A stretch of 64,000 nt of DNA from the sequence record DRR723986_585. One strand, 5' to 3'. The position numbers were made by a program, and so were the translations under genes. Under the pieces are notes generated by a model. That model searched no databases and was not told the origin of the DNA. It was given only the letters and a program-made list of their open reading frames with translations. Shown piece after piece: positions 10,238 to 19,267 of the stretch (within the stretch, counting starts at the first letter, position 1; each line of letters begins with the position of its first letter).

Positions 10238-11086
10238 ATGAAAAAGATTTTATTTTCCTTAGTATTATTAGGAGCAGTAGCGACATCAAGTATGGCGCAA
10301 GTAAAAGCTCCTCAACCAAGTCCAGCTGCTAAAATTGAGCAAACTGTTGGATTAACAGATATTTCAATTGCTTATTCTCGTCCTGGTGTAAAAGGAAGAA
10401 CAATTTTTGGTGAATTGGTGCCCTACGACAAAATGTGGAGAACAGGTGCTAATAAAGCGGTTCAATTCTCAGCTAGTTCTGACTTCAAATTCGGCGGTAA
10501 AGATGTAAAAGCTGGTGATTACGCATTATTCACAATTCCTGGTAAAACAGAATGGGAAGTTATTTTATACAAAGAAACTGAGCATTGGGGAACACCTGAA
10601 ACGTGGGTTGATTCATTAGAAGCTGCTCGTGTTAAAGTAAAATCAAAAGCATTAACTGACAATGTTGAGTCATTTACTATTGCATTTGACAATGTAGTTG
10701 ACGGAAACAAAGCAGATTTAAACATCTCTTGGGCTAAAACCAAAGTAACTGTTGTAATTGAAACGCCAACTGAAGAGATTTCTATGGCAAGTATTGAGTC
10801 AACTATGGCTGGACCTTCAGCAAATGACTATTACAAAGCAGCTGTTTATTATTTCGAGAATGATAAAGACATCAATCAAGCTTATGAGTGGATTCAAAAA
10901 GCAACTGAAATGAGAGGTGACGAAGCTTTCTGGATGTTACGTCAACAATCATTGATGGAAGCGAAACTTGGTAAAAAGAAAGAGGCGATTGCAACTGCTA
11001 AAAGATCTTTAGCATCAGCTGAGAAAGCAGGTTACGATCACTATATCGAAATGAACAAGAAATCTATTGAAGAGTGGAGTAAATAG
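10238..11086 (+). CDS. DUF2911 domain protein with C-terminal TPR-like helices
   Basis: Signal peptide from ATG 10238 (MKKILFSLVLLG); PQPSP, YSRPGVKGRTIFG, WRTGAN. Confidence 0.88.
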   Translation: MKKILFSLVLLGAVATSSMAQVKAPQPSPAAKIEQTVGLTDISIAYSRPGVKGRTIFGELVPYDKMWRTGANKAVQFSASSDFKFGGKDVKAGDYALFTIPGKTEWEVILYKETEHWGTPETWVDSLEAARVKVKSKALTDNVESFTIAFDNVVDGNKADLNISWAKTKVTVVIETPTEEISMASIESTMAGPSANDYYKAAVYYFENDKDINQAYEWIQKATEMRGDEAFWMLRQQSLMEAKLGKKKEAIATAKRSLASAEKAGYDHYIEMNKKSIEEWSK

Positions 11087-11088
11087 TT

Positions 11089-11108
11089 CCTGCCTAGCGG
11101 CAGACAAG
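11089..11108. repeat. Short GC-rich palindromic REP-like element
   Basis: cctgcctagcggcagacaag with a ctgcc/ggcag stem just after a stop codon; single copy in the window. Confidence 0.35.
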
Positions 11109-11137
11109 CTTGATATAATTTTAAACTTGGATTTAAT

Positions 11138-11173
11138 AAAGAGAGGGAAGTTTTGCTTCACCTCTCTTTTTTT
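11138..11173 (+). terminator. Intrinsic terminator, possibly bidirectional
   Basis: aaagagagggaag-ttttg-cttcacctctcttt hairpin followed by a T-run, between convergent genes. Confidence 0.75.
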
Positions 11174-12881
11174 ATGCGTCAATAATTTCTTGTGAAGAAG
11201 GTGTTTTAACATCTGGTGTCAAGCTCTGCAACATTAACCCTACCAATATAACAACAGCAGAACCAATGACATTGTACCAGAGGTAGCCTAACTGAAATTG
11301 TTCGGGGAAATATACTGTTAAGAAATGTAGTGTTAAAACAGCAATCTGGGCTGTTAATCCTCCAATCAATGCAGCTTTTGCTTTTACACGTTTAAAGAAA
11401 AATGCTAACAAGAAAATACCCAAAATGGTTCCATAAAAAAGTGAGCCTAATATGTTCACCAATTGAATTAAATTCTCAAATAAACCTGCAGTCAGTGCAA
11501 TCAAAATCGCAAGTATCCCCCAGCCTACCGTCAATAATTTAGAGACACGGAGATCCTTTTTTTCATCATCTGATTTCGACCAGAATTTCTTATAAAAATC
11601 AATGGTGCTGGTTGAAGCTAAAGCGTTCAACTCTCCTGCCGTTGAAGACATAGCTGCAGAAAATATCACTGCTAAAAGTAGTCCAATCAATCCCGAAGGC
11701 AAGAAATTAAGGACAAAGGTTAAAAAGATGTAATCACTGTCTTTTTCTTCGTAGCCTGGATCGTAAGTTGTCAATTGTTGCTTGTATTCTTTTCGAAGTG
11801 AGTCCTGCTGATTTTGCAAGCCCGAGATCATTGAAAAATCTTGGGTCTCTGAGTCAGCTGCAGCAATAAGCACTTCTTTTTTCAATGAAAATATTGAATC
11901 GTATTCAGATTCTATTACGCTCAGTGATTCATACTGTTCCTCAGTTATATCAGCGGTTGACGCATTGAAAACAATTGGTGGTTTATTGAATTGAAAGGAA
12001 ACAAAGAGCATCACCCCAATAAATAGAATGAAAAATTGCATTGGGATTTTCATCAAACCGTTGAACATTAAACCCAACCTTGATTCTTTTAAGGTTTTTC
12101 CTCCTAAATACCGTTGTACTTGTGATTGATCGGTACCGAAATAAGACAAAAACAAAAACAATCCTCCGGTTAAACCAGTCAAAAGTGTGTATTTTTTGGA
12201 GAGATCTGGCTCTAAATCAATGATTTCCATTTTACCTAACTGACCTGCTATATCAATTCCTTCTGAAACACTTACTGTTTCTGGGAAACTTTGAAGCACG
12301 TAGTAGAAGGCTAAAAACATCCCGCCCATTATAATTCCCATTTGCCACTTTTGTGTCAAGGAAACAGCTCTTGAGCCTCCTGATACCGTGTAGACAATCA
12401 CTAACCCACCGATCAACAGACAAGTTAAGGTCAAGTCCCAATCTAAAAGAGTAGACATAATGATAGCAGGTGCGTAAATGGTGATCCCTGCTGCTAGCCC
12501 TCTTCCCATCAAAAATAGAAAAGCTGTGAAAGCTCGAACTCTTTGATCAAATCGCTCTTCCAAGTATTGATAAGCCGTATAGACTTTTAATCGATAATAA
12601 ATCGGTAAGAAAAAGACTGAAATAATGATCATTGCCAAAGGCAATCCAAAATAAAATTGAATAAAGCCCATTCCGCTTTCATAAGCCTGACCAGGAGTTG
12701 ATAGAAATGTGATGGCACTTGCTTGAGTCGCCATAATTGATAAACCAATTGTCATCCATCCCTCTGAGTTATTGCCTTTCAAATAACCTTCTAGATTACT
12801 ATTTTTTCTAGTTTTCCAAGACCCATAAAGCACTATGGTGCATAGGGTAAAAAGTAATACTGACCAATCTAACCAACCCAT
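11172..12881 (-). CDS. Sodium:solute symporter (SSS/SLC5 family)
   Basis: Many TM helices; SAITFLSTPG, GTDQSQVQRYL, AAMSST. Confidence 0.93.
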   Translation of the reverse strand: MGWLDWSVLLFTLCTIVLYGSWKTRKNSNLEGYLKGNNSEGWMTIGLSIMATQASAITFLSTPGQAYESGMGFIQFYFGLPLAMIIISVFFLPIYYRLKVYTAYQYLEERFDQRVRAFTAFLFLMGRGLAAGITIYAPAIIMSTLLDWDLTLTCLLIGGLVIVYTVSGGSRAVSLTQKWQMGIIMGGMFLAFYYVLQSFPETVSVSEGIDIAGQLGKMEIIDLEPDLSKKYTLLTGLTGGLFLFLSYFGTDQSQVQRYLGGKTLKESRLGLMFNGLMKIPMQFFILFIGVMLFVSFQFNKPPIVFNASTADITEEQYESLSVIESEYDSIFSLKKEVLIAAADSETQDFSMISGLQNQQDSLRKEYKQQLTTYDPGYEEKDSDYIFLTFVLNFLPSGLIGLLLAVIFSAAMSSTAGELNALASTSTIDFYKKFWSKSDDEKKDLRVSKLLTVGWGILAILIALTAGLFENLIQLVNILGSLFYGTILGIFLLAFFFKRVKAKAALIGGLTAQIAVLTLHFLTVYFPEQFQLGYLWYNVIGSAVVILVGLMLQSLTPDVKTPSSQEIIDA

Positions 12882-12991
12882 TATTTATACGAATTAGTTA
12901 TCATTAAATAAATCACAATCTGAATGGTCAGAAACAGCATTAGTCCAAGGTACCAGGCTTTCCAGTTGGTTGAGTCGTTGTCTTGATTCAT
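12881..12991 (-). CDS. 36-aa single-TM peptide, probable SSS-associated small protein (absent from ORF track)
   Basis: MNQDNDSTNWKAWYLGLMLFLTIQIVIYLMITNSYK; ATGA overlap with the upstream stop and TAATG overlap with the SSS start. Confidence 0.8.
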   Translation of the reverse strand: MNQDNDSTNWKAWYLGLMLFLTIQIVIYLMITNSYK

Positions 12992-15435
12992 GAGTCGTAG
13001 CTTAACATATTAGCGAATAATCGGTAAGCTCCTACTACACCGTTCGGCAACTCTCTAAAGAAGGAAATTCCAGTATAAATAAATTGACCTTTACCATATT
13101 TAGCAACGATAAAGGCGCCTGTTTGAGCGTCCTCTCCGTCATCATGCCATGAAAACAGGGTTTGATATTCCGAAGACCAGTTATCAGCAAAATACAATCC
13201 ACGTTCTTGCACCCAATGATCAAAATCTGCCACTGTTATTTGATTTGGTTCATTTAAAATGGGATGATCGGGTAATAAAAACTCAACTGCTGCATCTTCT
13301 TCAGTTACTCTATTTCTTGATAATTCAAAAGGAATTGGACCAAATTTTTGACCAGAAATTGAACGTGAAGCCGTGTTGTACTGCATAATCACATTCCCTC
13401 CTTTTTCAACATACTCCCAAAGCTTTTCATGATAATTCGTCAATTCAGGAAAAACATTATAGATTCTGATGCCAAGCACCACAGATTGAAAGTCTTTTAA
13501 TTCAAGAGTTGCTAAATCATTAACTTCAAACACTTCCAGTTCGAATCCTAATTGCTGAATGGCAGCAGGTACTGCATCATCAACACCTTTGATATAAGCT
13601 ACCTTACCCTCAACGATTTCAACATCTAAAGGAATGCATTTAAATGAAGTTTTATTCATCAGGATTTGAGTTGGAATATGGTCGTATTCAATTTCCTTGT
13701 ACGAATACAGCTCTTCACCAGCTTTGTTTTTAATACCTAAAGGACCAATAGTACTAGATTTAGACGGTTTTAAGGTTAAATCAAACCATTTTTCATCATG
13801 CTTGTTTTTGAGATTCACTGGGATTAAAGCAGGCTCAACCTTCCAACCCTCAGGGGCAGTTAAGTGAATTTCATCAGAAATATTCTCTGAAAAGGCATGT
13901 ACTTTTAATCGAATAACCTTTTCTTCTTTTGGCTTTACGGTAGCGATCTTCTCGTCAAAATTCACAGTGAATTCAGGTGTTGCAATAAGATCTCTTCGTT
14001 TTTCCCCATAAGATGGGATGCGCCATTTATATTCAACTGGCACTTCTAATTCTAAAGGAATTCCAACCATTTCTAAAAACAATCTCCCTGATAATGTCGG
14101 ATCTGATTCCGGTTTACCTAACATTCTAGGGTCATCAATAGTAAAGACGTTAGTAAAGCTATTCTTCAGCCAATATGGTCCTGATAAATCAGATTTAGGC
14201 AGGTAAGAAAACTCATACTCTATCACTTCATCTTCTTTTGATAAAGTCTTGATATTAAAAACATTATCATCATCCATTTGAACCTTTACTATATCTAAAT
14301 TTTCAAAATTCGAACGGTTCAGAACGGAAAGTTTTAGATGGACAGAGTCTCCTTTTACGAATGAATAATCATCTGCAGTAATTTCAACATAAATACCCAA
14401 ACAGTTTTTAATAATCTCGTTGCATAGGTCTAACTTTTCATCCTTAACAGTAGAAGGTTTCATGCTTTCAAGTCCTTTTCTCAAATCAACCAGCGCACCT
14501 AAATTATTTTCAAGGTGCACAAAGTCAAAATCATCTATCAATTTATTGAATTGATTTTCAAAGTCTTCGTTAATCTCTGTTGACCAACTTGTTGTGTTAT
14601 GCTCAAAGAATGATTCAGTCACTTTTTTTCCTCCCAAGTGCTCAAAATACTCAGTTCGTGAACCGCGCTCTACTATTGCGCCAAAGCCTTGACACTTGTG
14701 CTGTGATCTTGCTAAAGTTCCAATTTCATTATATGACATTCCGAGTTGACTATTGTAGCCTCCAATGTCTTGAACAAAGTACTTATCATTCGTTTTCGCA
14801 CTATCGGCAATGCTTTTATTCCACCAATAAGAGGTGTTCCAATAAATTGAAGATGTTTTCCAAGCACCAAATTCTTTAACTTGTTCAGGTAGAAAGTTTT
14901 CATCTGCAGCTTTATCAAATGCCTCTATTGCTAGCATTGCAGATGCCGTATGATGTCCATGCCCTCCCCTTTTATCTGGCGGAAATCTGGTAATAATAAC
15001 ATCTGGTTTGAATTGACGAATGACTCTGACAACATCTGACAGAATCTGGTCTTTCCCCCATTTTTCTAAAGTCTCAGTAGCGGATTTAGAGTATCCGAAA
15101 TCTACAGCTCTAGAAAAAAATTGACGACCGCCATCAATAGATCTAGCAGCAAGCAATTCCTGTGTTCTCAAAACACCAAGTTCTTCGCTCAATTCGTCTC
15201 CAATCAAGTTTTGACCTCCATCTCCACGAGTAAGAGACATGTACGCCGTTTGAGCTTTTTCACCCAATGAAAACCAAGCAATTGCTCTCGTGTTCTCATC
15301 ATCTGGATGGGCAGCTATATACAAGACACGTTTTAAGGAGTGCAATTTTTGGAGATCCAGGTAAATCTCTGAAGCCGTTTTATTTGAATAAACACTTGTA
15401 CTTAAAATTAGCAGTAAAGCCAGTAATCCTCTCAT
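12988..15435 (-). CDS. Exported PIG-L/LmbE family deacetylase with C-terminal GATase-like domain
   Basis: Signal peptide from ATG 15435; AAHPDDE, TRGDGGQN, HGHH; C-terminal ERGLYFA...FFRELP. Confidence 0.9.
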   Translation of the reverse strand: MRGLLALLLILSTSVYSNKTASEIYLDLQKLHSLKRVLYIAAHPDDENTRAIAWFSLGEKAQTAYMSLTRGDGGQNLIGDELSEELGVLRTQELLAARSIDGGRQFFSRAVDFGYSKSATETLEKWGKDQILSDVVRVIRQFKPDVIITRFPPDKRGGHGHHTASAMLAIEAFDKAADENFLPEQVKEFGAWKTSSIYWNTSYWWNKSIADSAKTNDKYFVQDIGGYNSQLGMSYNEIGTLARSQHKCQGFGAIVERGSRTEYFEHLGGKKVTESFFEHNTTSWSTEINEDFENQFNKLIDDFDFVHLENNLGALVDLRKGLESMKPSTVKDEKLDLCNEIIKNCLGIYVEITADDYSFVKGDSVHLKLSVLNRSNFENLDIVKVQMDDDNVFNIKTLSKEDEVIEYEFSYLPKSDLSGPYWLKNSFTNVFTIDDPRMLGKPESDPTLSGRLFLEMVGIPLELEVPVEYKWRIPSYGEKRRDLIATPEFTVNFDEKIATVKPKEEKVIRLKVHAFSENISDEIHLTAPEGWKVEPALIPVNLKNKHDEKWFDLTLKPSKSSTIGPLGIKNKAGEELYSYKEIEYDHIPTQILMNKTSFKCIPLDVEIVEGKVAYIKGVDDAVPAAIQQLGFELEVFEVNDLATLELKDFQSVVLGIRIYNVFPELTNYHEKLWEYVEKGGNVIMQYNTASRSISGQKFGPIPFELSRNRVTEEDAAVEFLLPDHPILNEPNQITVADFDHWVQERGLYFADNWSSEYQTLFSWHDDGEDAQTGAFIVAKYGKGQFIYTGISFFRELPNGVVGAYRLFANMLSYDS

Positions 15436-15594
15436 AATTGAAATATCTATTGCAAAAATAACGATTATAAAGTTCTCCCAATTTAAATTGTTGGAGATGG
15501 TCAAATAGCAGGATAAAAGTTTGTCACAACAGATGGTGAACATTATTCTTTGTAAGGACTGAAAAGACTAAGAATTCGTTCTAGTTTTGTAATT

Positions 15595-16935
15595 ATGACA
15601 CAAGAAAAGGCCTTATCCATACTAAAATCTGGAAGAAATGTTTTTCTTACAGGTTCTGCAGGAACAGGTAAAACCTATGTCTTGAATCAGTTTATACAAC
15701 ATTTAAAAGATGCGAAAATCGAAGTTTCGGTAACTGCATCAACCGGTATCGCTGCGACACACATCAAAGGAAGTACCATTCATTCATGGTCTGGGCTTGG
15801 TGTTAAACAAGAAGTTACTCGAAAAAATCTGGAGAAGATTAAGAAAACTAAATACTTGCGCGATCAATTTAGAAAAACGAAGGTGTTAATTATTGACGAA
15901 ATCTCCATGCTGCATAAAAAACAGCTGGAATCGCTACATGAAATACTTTCATTCTGTTTAGATAATCTCAAAGCTTTCGGAGGCATTCAGGTAGTGCTAT
16001 GTGGAGACTTCTTCCAACTACCTCCCATTGGTGTCTACGGCGAGCGCAGTAAGGATAAATTTGCCTTCATGGCTGAGGCATGGCTACATGCAGGTTTCGA
16101 AATTTGTTACCTCACTGAGCAGTATCGTCAATCTGAGAATGTTTTAACGGACATTTTGGATGAAATTAGAACAGGTTCGGTTTCAACTCAATCTAAAGAA
16201 CTTTTGCGTCAGGCCAAACATACCCTTTTCGAGTCTGGAATTGAACCGACTAAATTGTATACACACAATGAGGATGTTGACTTTATCAACAATCAACATT
16301 TAGCAGATTTACCTGGTAAAAGTCGCTTCTTTAAAGCAAAAACTAAAGGCGATAAGGCCTTAATAGACACCTTAAAAAAGACGGTATTAACTCAAGAGGA
16401 TATGCCTTTGCGCATAGGTGCTAAAGTGATGTTTGTGAAAAACAATCCTGATAAAGAGTATATCAATGGAACTTTGGGTGAAATAGTAGAATTTGCTTCA
16501 ATTGGATTCCCAGTGGTAAAAACCTTAGACGGCAATAAAATTACGGCGAGTTCAGAAGAATGGTCTATAGATGATGAGGCAGGACGCCAATTAGCCTCCT
16601 ACATACAAGTTCCGCTTCGCTTAGCCTGGGCAATTACTGTACATAAAAGCCAAGGCATGACTTTAGATGCTGCTGAGCTTGATTTAGGCAAGACGTTTGA
16701 ACGTGGGCAAGGATATGTCGCTCTATCGCGTTTAAGAAGCATTGAACGGCTCAGATTACTTGATTTTAATGAAATCGCTTTACAAGTTGACCCTCTTGCA
16801 TTAAAAGCGGATTTACGTTTTCAAGAATTATCTGAAGATTTAGACCAACAAACAACAGAAGAAGGTCTTAAAACAGAAGCGAAAGCCTTTATTAAAAAAT
16901 CAGGAGGACGTGTATTGACTCCATTGAAAAAATAG
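15595..16935 (+). CDS. PIF1/RecD-like SF1B DNA helicase
   Basis: GSAGTGKT, IIDEISM, GDFFQLPP, AITVHKSQGMTLD, YVALSR. Confidence 0.92.
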   Translation: MTQEKALSILKSGRNVFLTGSAGTGKTYVLNQFIQHLKDAKIEVSVTASTGIAATHIKGSTIHSWSGLGVKQEVTRKNLEKIKKTKYLRDQFRKTKVLIIDEISMLHKKQLESLHEILSFCLDNLKAFGGIQVVLCGDFFQLPPIGVYGERSKDKFAFMAEAWLHAGFEICYLTEQYRQSENVLTDILDEIRTGSVSTQSKELLRQAKHTLFESGIEPTKLYTHNEDVDFINNQHLADLPGKSRFFKAKTKGDKALIDTLKKTVLTQEDMPLRIGAKVMFVKNNPDKEYINGTLGEIVEFASIGFPVVKTLDGNKITASSEEWSIDDEAGRQLASYIQVPLRLAWAITVHKSQGMTLDAAELDLGKTFERGQGYVALSRLRSIERLRLLDFNEIALQVDPLALKADLRFQELSEDLDQQTTEEGLKTEAKAFIKKSGGRVLTPLKK

Positions 16936-16936
16936 C

Positions 16937-17893
16937 TTAGTCTATACAACTTGCAATAAATTTGCAAAGCTGATCTAAGCAATCCTCACAATAAAAGAAC
17001 CCAAGATGATCTTCACCCTCTAACGTGACGAGCTGGTTCTTGACCTTCACTTTATCTGCCTGTTGATGGATTAAACCGCTACCCTCAGTAGAAACATTTG
17101 TATCTCCAGCTTTACCAGTTGTGTACGGCACGGTATCATCCTCATTTCCATGAACAGAAAATAAAGGAGGTTCGCCAGCATCTACAAGTCTAGCTGAATA
17201 TAAGGAGCCTGCAATATTAATAACGCCCTTAATTTTAGTTGAATAACCAGGATTTCCACTTGTTCCCTCTTTGCCTCCGTTCTTTGCTACGTAGTTGAAC
17301 AAATCATTTCCACCCATTAATAGAATATCATTGGGTTCTGTGGCGTAAGCGTAATGCAAGCTAGTAATCGCTCCTGCAGAATATCCTCCAATGAAAATAT
17401 TATTTGTGTCAATTTTAAATTGATTTTTACCACTGGCATCTTTGTAGAAAAAACGCACCGCAGCTTTCATATCAGCTATAGCATCAATTGTCGCGTATTT
17501 GGGTGTTTTCACTGAATCGCCTTCAATGTCAATTAATCGGTAATCTATTGATACGGTAGCATATCCACGTTTAGCAAGCGCTATACATTCGGCTTCAAAA
17601 TCTGATTTATCACCAAACAAGAAAAAGCCGCCGTGCGCCAAAATTATTAGTGGTCTATGCTCAAGGTCGTCATTTTTAGGAGCGTAGAAATCTAAATTCA
17701 AATCGGCATTGACGCCTCCCTGACTGGTACTATTTCCAAAGGTCACATCCTTCTGAATGTCAACTTCCTCAAAAACATCTGATAAAAATCTGCTCCCGTC
17801 TTTTTGTCCTGAACTTATCCAACAGAAAAGAACAGCAGCACAAGTAGCTATGACTTTACTTAACTGCAAAGTGGATGTTTGCTTCCAACTCAT
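16937..17893 (-). CDS. Exported alpha/beta hydrolase (carboxylesterase-like); start uncertain
   Basis: HGGFF oxyanion hole, GYSAG nucleophile elbow, HGNEDDTVP, C-terminal His. Confidence 0.85.
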   Translation of the reverse strand: MSWKQTSTLQLSKVIATCAAVLFCWISSGQKDGSRFLSDVFEEVDIQKDVTFGNSTSQGGVNADLNLDFYAPKNDDLEHRPLIILAHGGFFLFGDKSDFEAECIALAKRGYATVSIDYRLIDIEGDSVKTPKYATIDAIADMKAAVRFFYKDASGKNQFKIDTNNIFIGGYSAGAITSLHYAYATEPNDILLMGGNDLFNYVAKNGGKEGTSGNPGYSTKIKGVINIAGSLYSARLVDAGEPPLFSVHGNEDDTVPYTTGKAGDTNVSTEGSGLIHQQADKVKVKNQLVTLEGEDHLGFFYCEDCLDQLCKFIASCID

Positions 17894-18779
17894 TTTCAGG
17901 CGTATCCATTGGGCTATTCAAATACTCTTCAACAGGATGGATTTTTTTGTTTTGTTTGAAAATTTTGGCTTGTACTCTACCCATTTGGGCGCTCCATGCA
18001 TTTCCTAAATGATCCATTTTTCCTTTATGATGAATGGTATGTACCTTTGTTGTAGGATAAGATCCTTCAATCATACCTGGAAGCATTTCTAATTTTCCAT
18101 TTACAGGAATTGCTGCCGTATATTCTACTTTTTTAGAAACAGGATCCCATTTGTGATAAATGGAAAAAGGATTCCCCGAAACTTTATCACTGTGGCCACC
18201 CTTAACGTGCTGCAGCAGTTTAGAGTAATCGCGCTTCATTGTCTCACCTATCTTATCAATAGTTGTAGAAGTCTTGATTCCGACATAGTCACAACCTTCT
18301 CTCGTACTCATTCCTTTAATATCTAGATTTGAGTCGATTTTACCATCTTCCACATATTCTTTCAACATCCCTAAGCCTCTGTTATAGTCCATGCCTATCA
18401 TTTCGGTCATCATGTTCTTCATCCAGAACATGAAAAAAGGAAGACTGCTGTCCATTTTCCAATGCACTTTGGTTCCTTGTCCATCTTCAGATAAGTCGAA
18501 CCATGTTTTAGCAGTTGATTTCCATGGTTTTAAAAAAGTAAGATCGATTTCGATTTTTTTATTCTCTACTTCATTGTAGATTTTCATATTGCCTTCACCG
18601 GTTACTTTCCCTTGCCATTCGTATGATTTATTGTCTGGAGCAACGGTTACCTTTGCATCAGGCTCAGTTATTAACCAAGGAGACCATGGTGTCCATTTAG
18701 AATAATCATTTAAGGTGTTATAAACCTCATTGATAGGTTTATTGATGGTGATAGATTTATCAACGTGAAATTTCGGCAT
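17856..18779 (-). CDS. SRPBCC domain + GyrI-like small-molecule-binding domain protein
   Basis: WSPW, FLKPWKS, GMDYNRGL; C-terminal H.G....L..AW and EEYLNSP. Confidence 0.85.
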   Translation of the reverse strand: MPKFHVDKSITINKPINEVYNTLNDYSKWTPWSPWLITEPDAKVTVAPDNKSYEWQGKVTGEGNMKIYNEVENKKIEIDLTFLKPWKSTAKTWFDLSEDGQGTKVHWKMDSSLPFFMFWMKNMMTEMIGMDYNRGLGMLKEYVEDGKIDSNLDIKGMSTREGCDYVGIKTSTTIDKIGETMKRDYSKLLQHVKGGHSDKVSGNPFSIYHKWDPVSKKVEYTAAIPVNGKLEMLPGMIEGSYPTTKVHTIHHKGKMDHLGNAWSAQMGRVQAKIFKQNKKIHPVEEYLNSPMDTPENELEANIHFAVK

Positions 18780-18873
18780 ATTAGTAGTTTTTATTGTGAT
18801 TAAAGATAAAAAAAATCAGGACAATAAAATAGAGTTGTTAAAGTATACTATCCCTTCTAATTAAAGATTTCAC

Positions 18874-19266
18874 CTATTTGGAATAATACGCCAACATGGG
18901 TTCGAAATAGTGAATTTTCCAACCATCTGAGTATTTTTTGGCATCTCCTATTTGAAGATTAGTTTGTTTTAGGCTTAATTTCGTTTTCTTCGGCTCAATT
19001 TCTTCAAAAGTTATTTCTAACAAAGAGTTAGGTGCATCTTCTGGGAACTCAACAGTTCGCCATTCTTGCTTAATGAATTTGTTTTGAATCAAGTCCAAAT
19101 TTTTACCCGAAATGTAATCGTCCCAGGCAGTGAAATAGTATCCAATTCTATTTTCTGCAGTTGCGGCACCTCCCGTCATGGCTGTATGCCCATCTGCTGA
19201 TAACCAGTCATTGTAAATAGTTCCAGCAGTAGCTGGTAAAGTAATTTCTAATTCAAGTTGTTCCAT
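18874..19266 (-). CDS. SRPBCC/AHSA1-like protein
   Basis: MTGG, FTAWDDYISG, QEWRT, GWKIHYFEPM. Confidence 0.85.
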   Translation of the reverse strand: MEQLELEITLPATAGTIYNDWLSADGHTAMTGGAATAENRIGYYFTAWDDYISGKNLDLIQNKFIKQEWRTVEFPEDAPNSLLEITFEEIEPKKTKLSLKQTNLQIGDAKKYSDGWKIHYFEPMLAYYSK

Positions 19267-19267
19267 A

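Noticed and set aside
15595-16935. PIF1-like helicase as marker of a mobile or defence element
   Set aside because: No integrase, nuclease, att sites or obvious compositional shift nearby.
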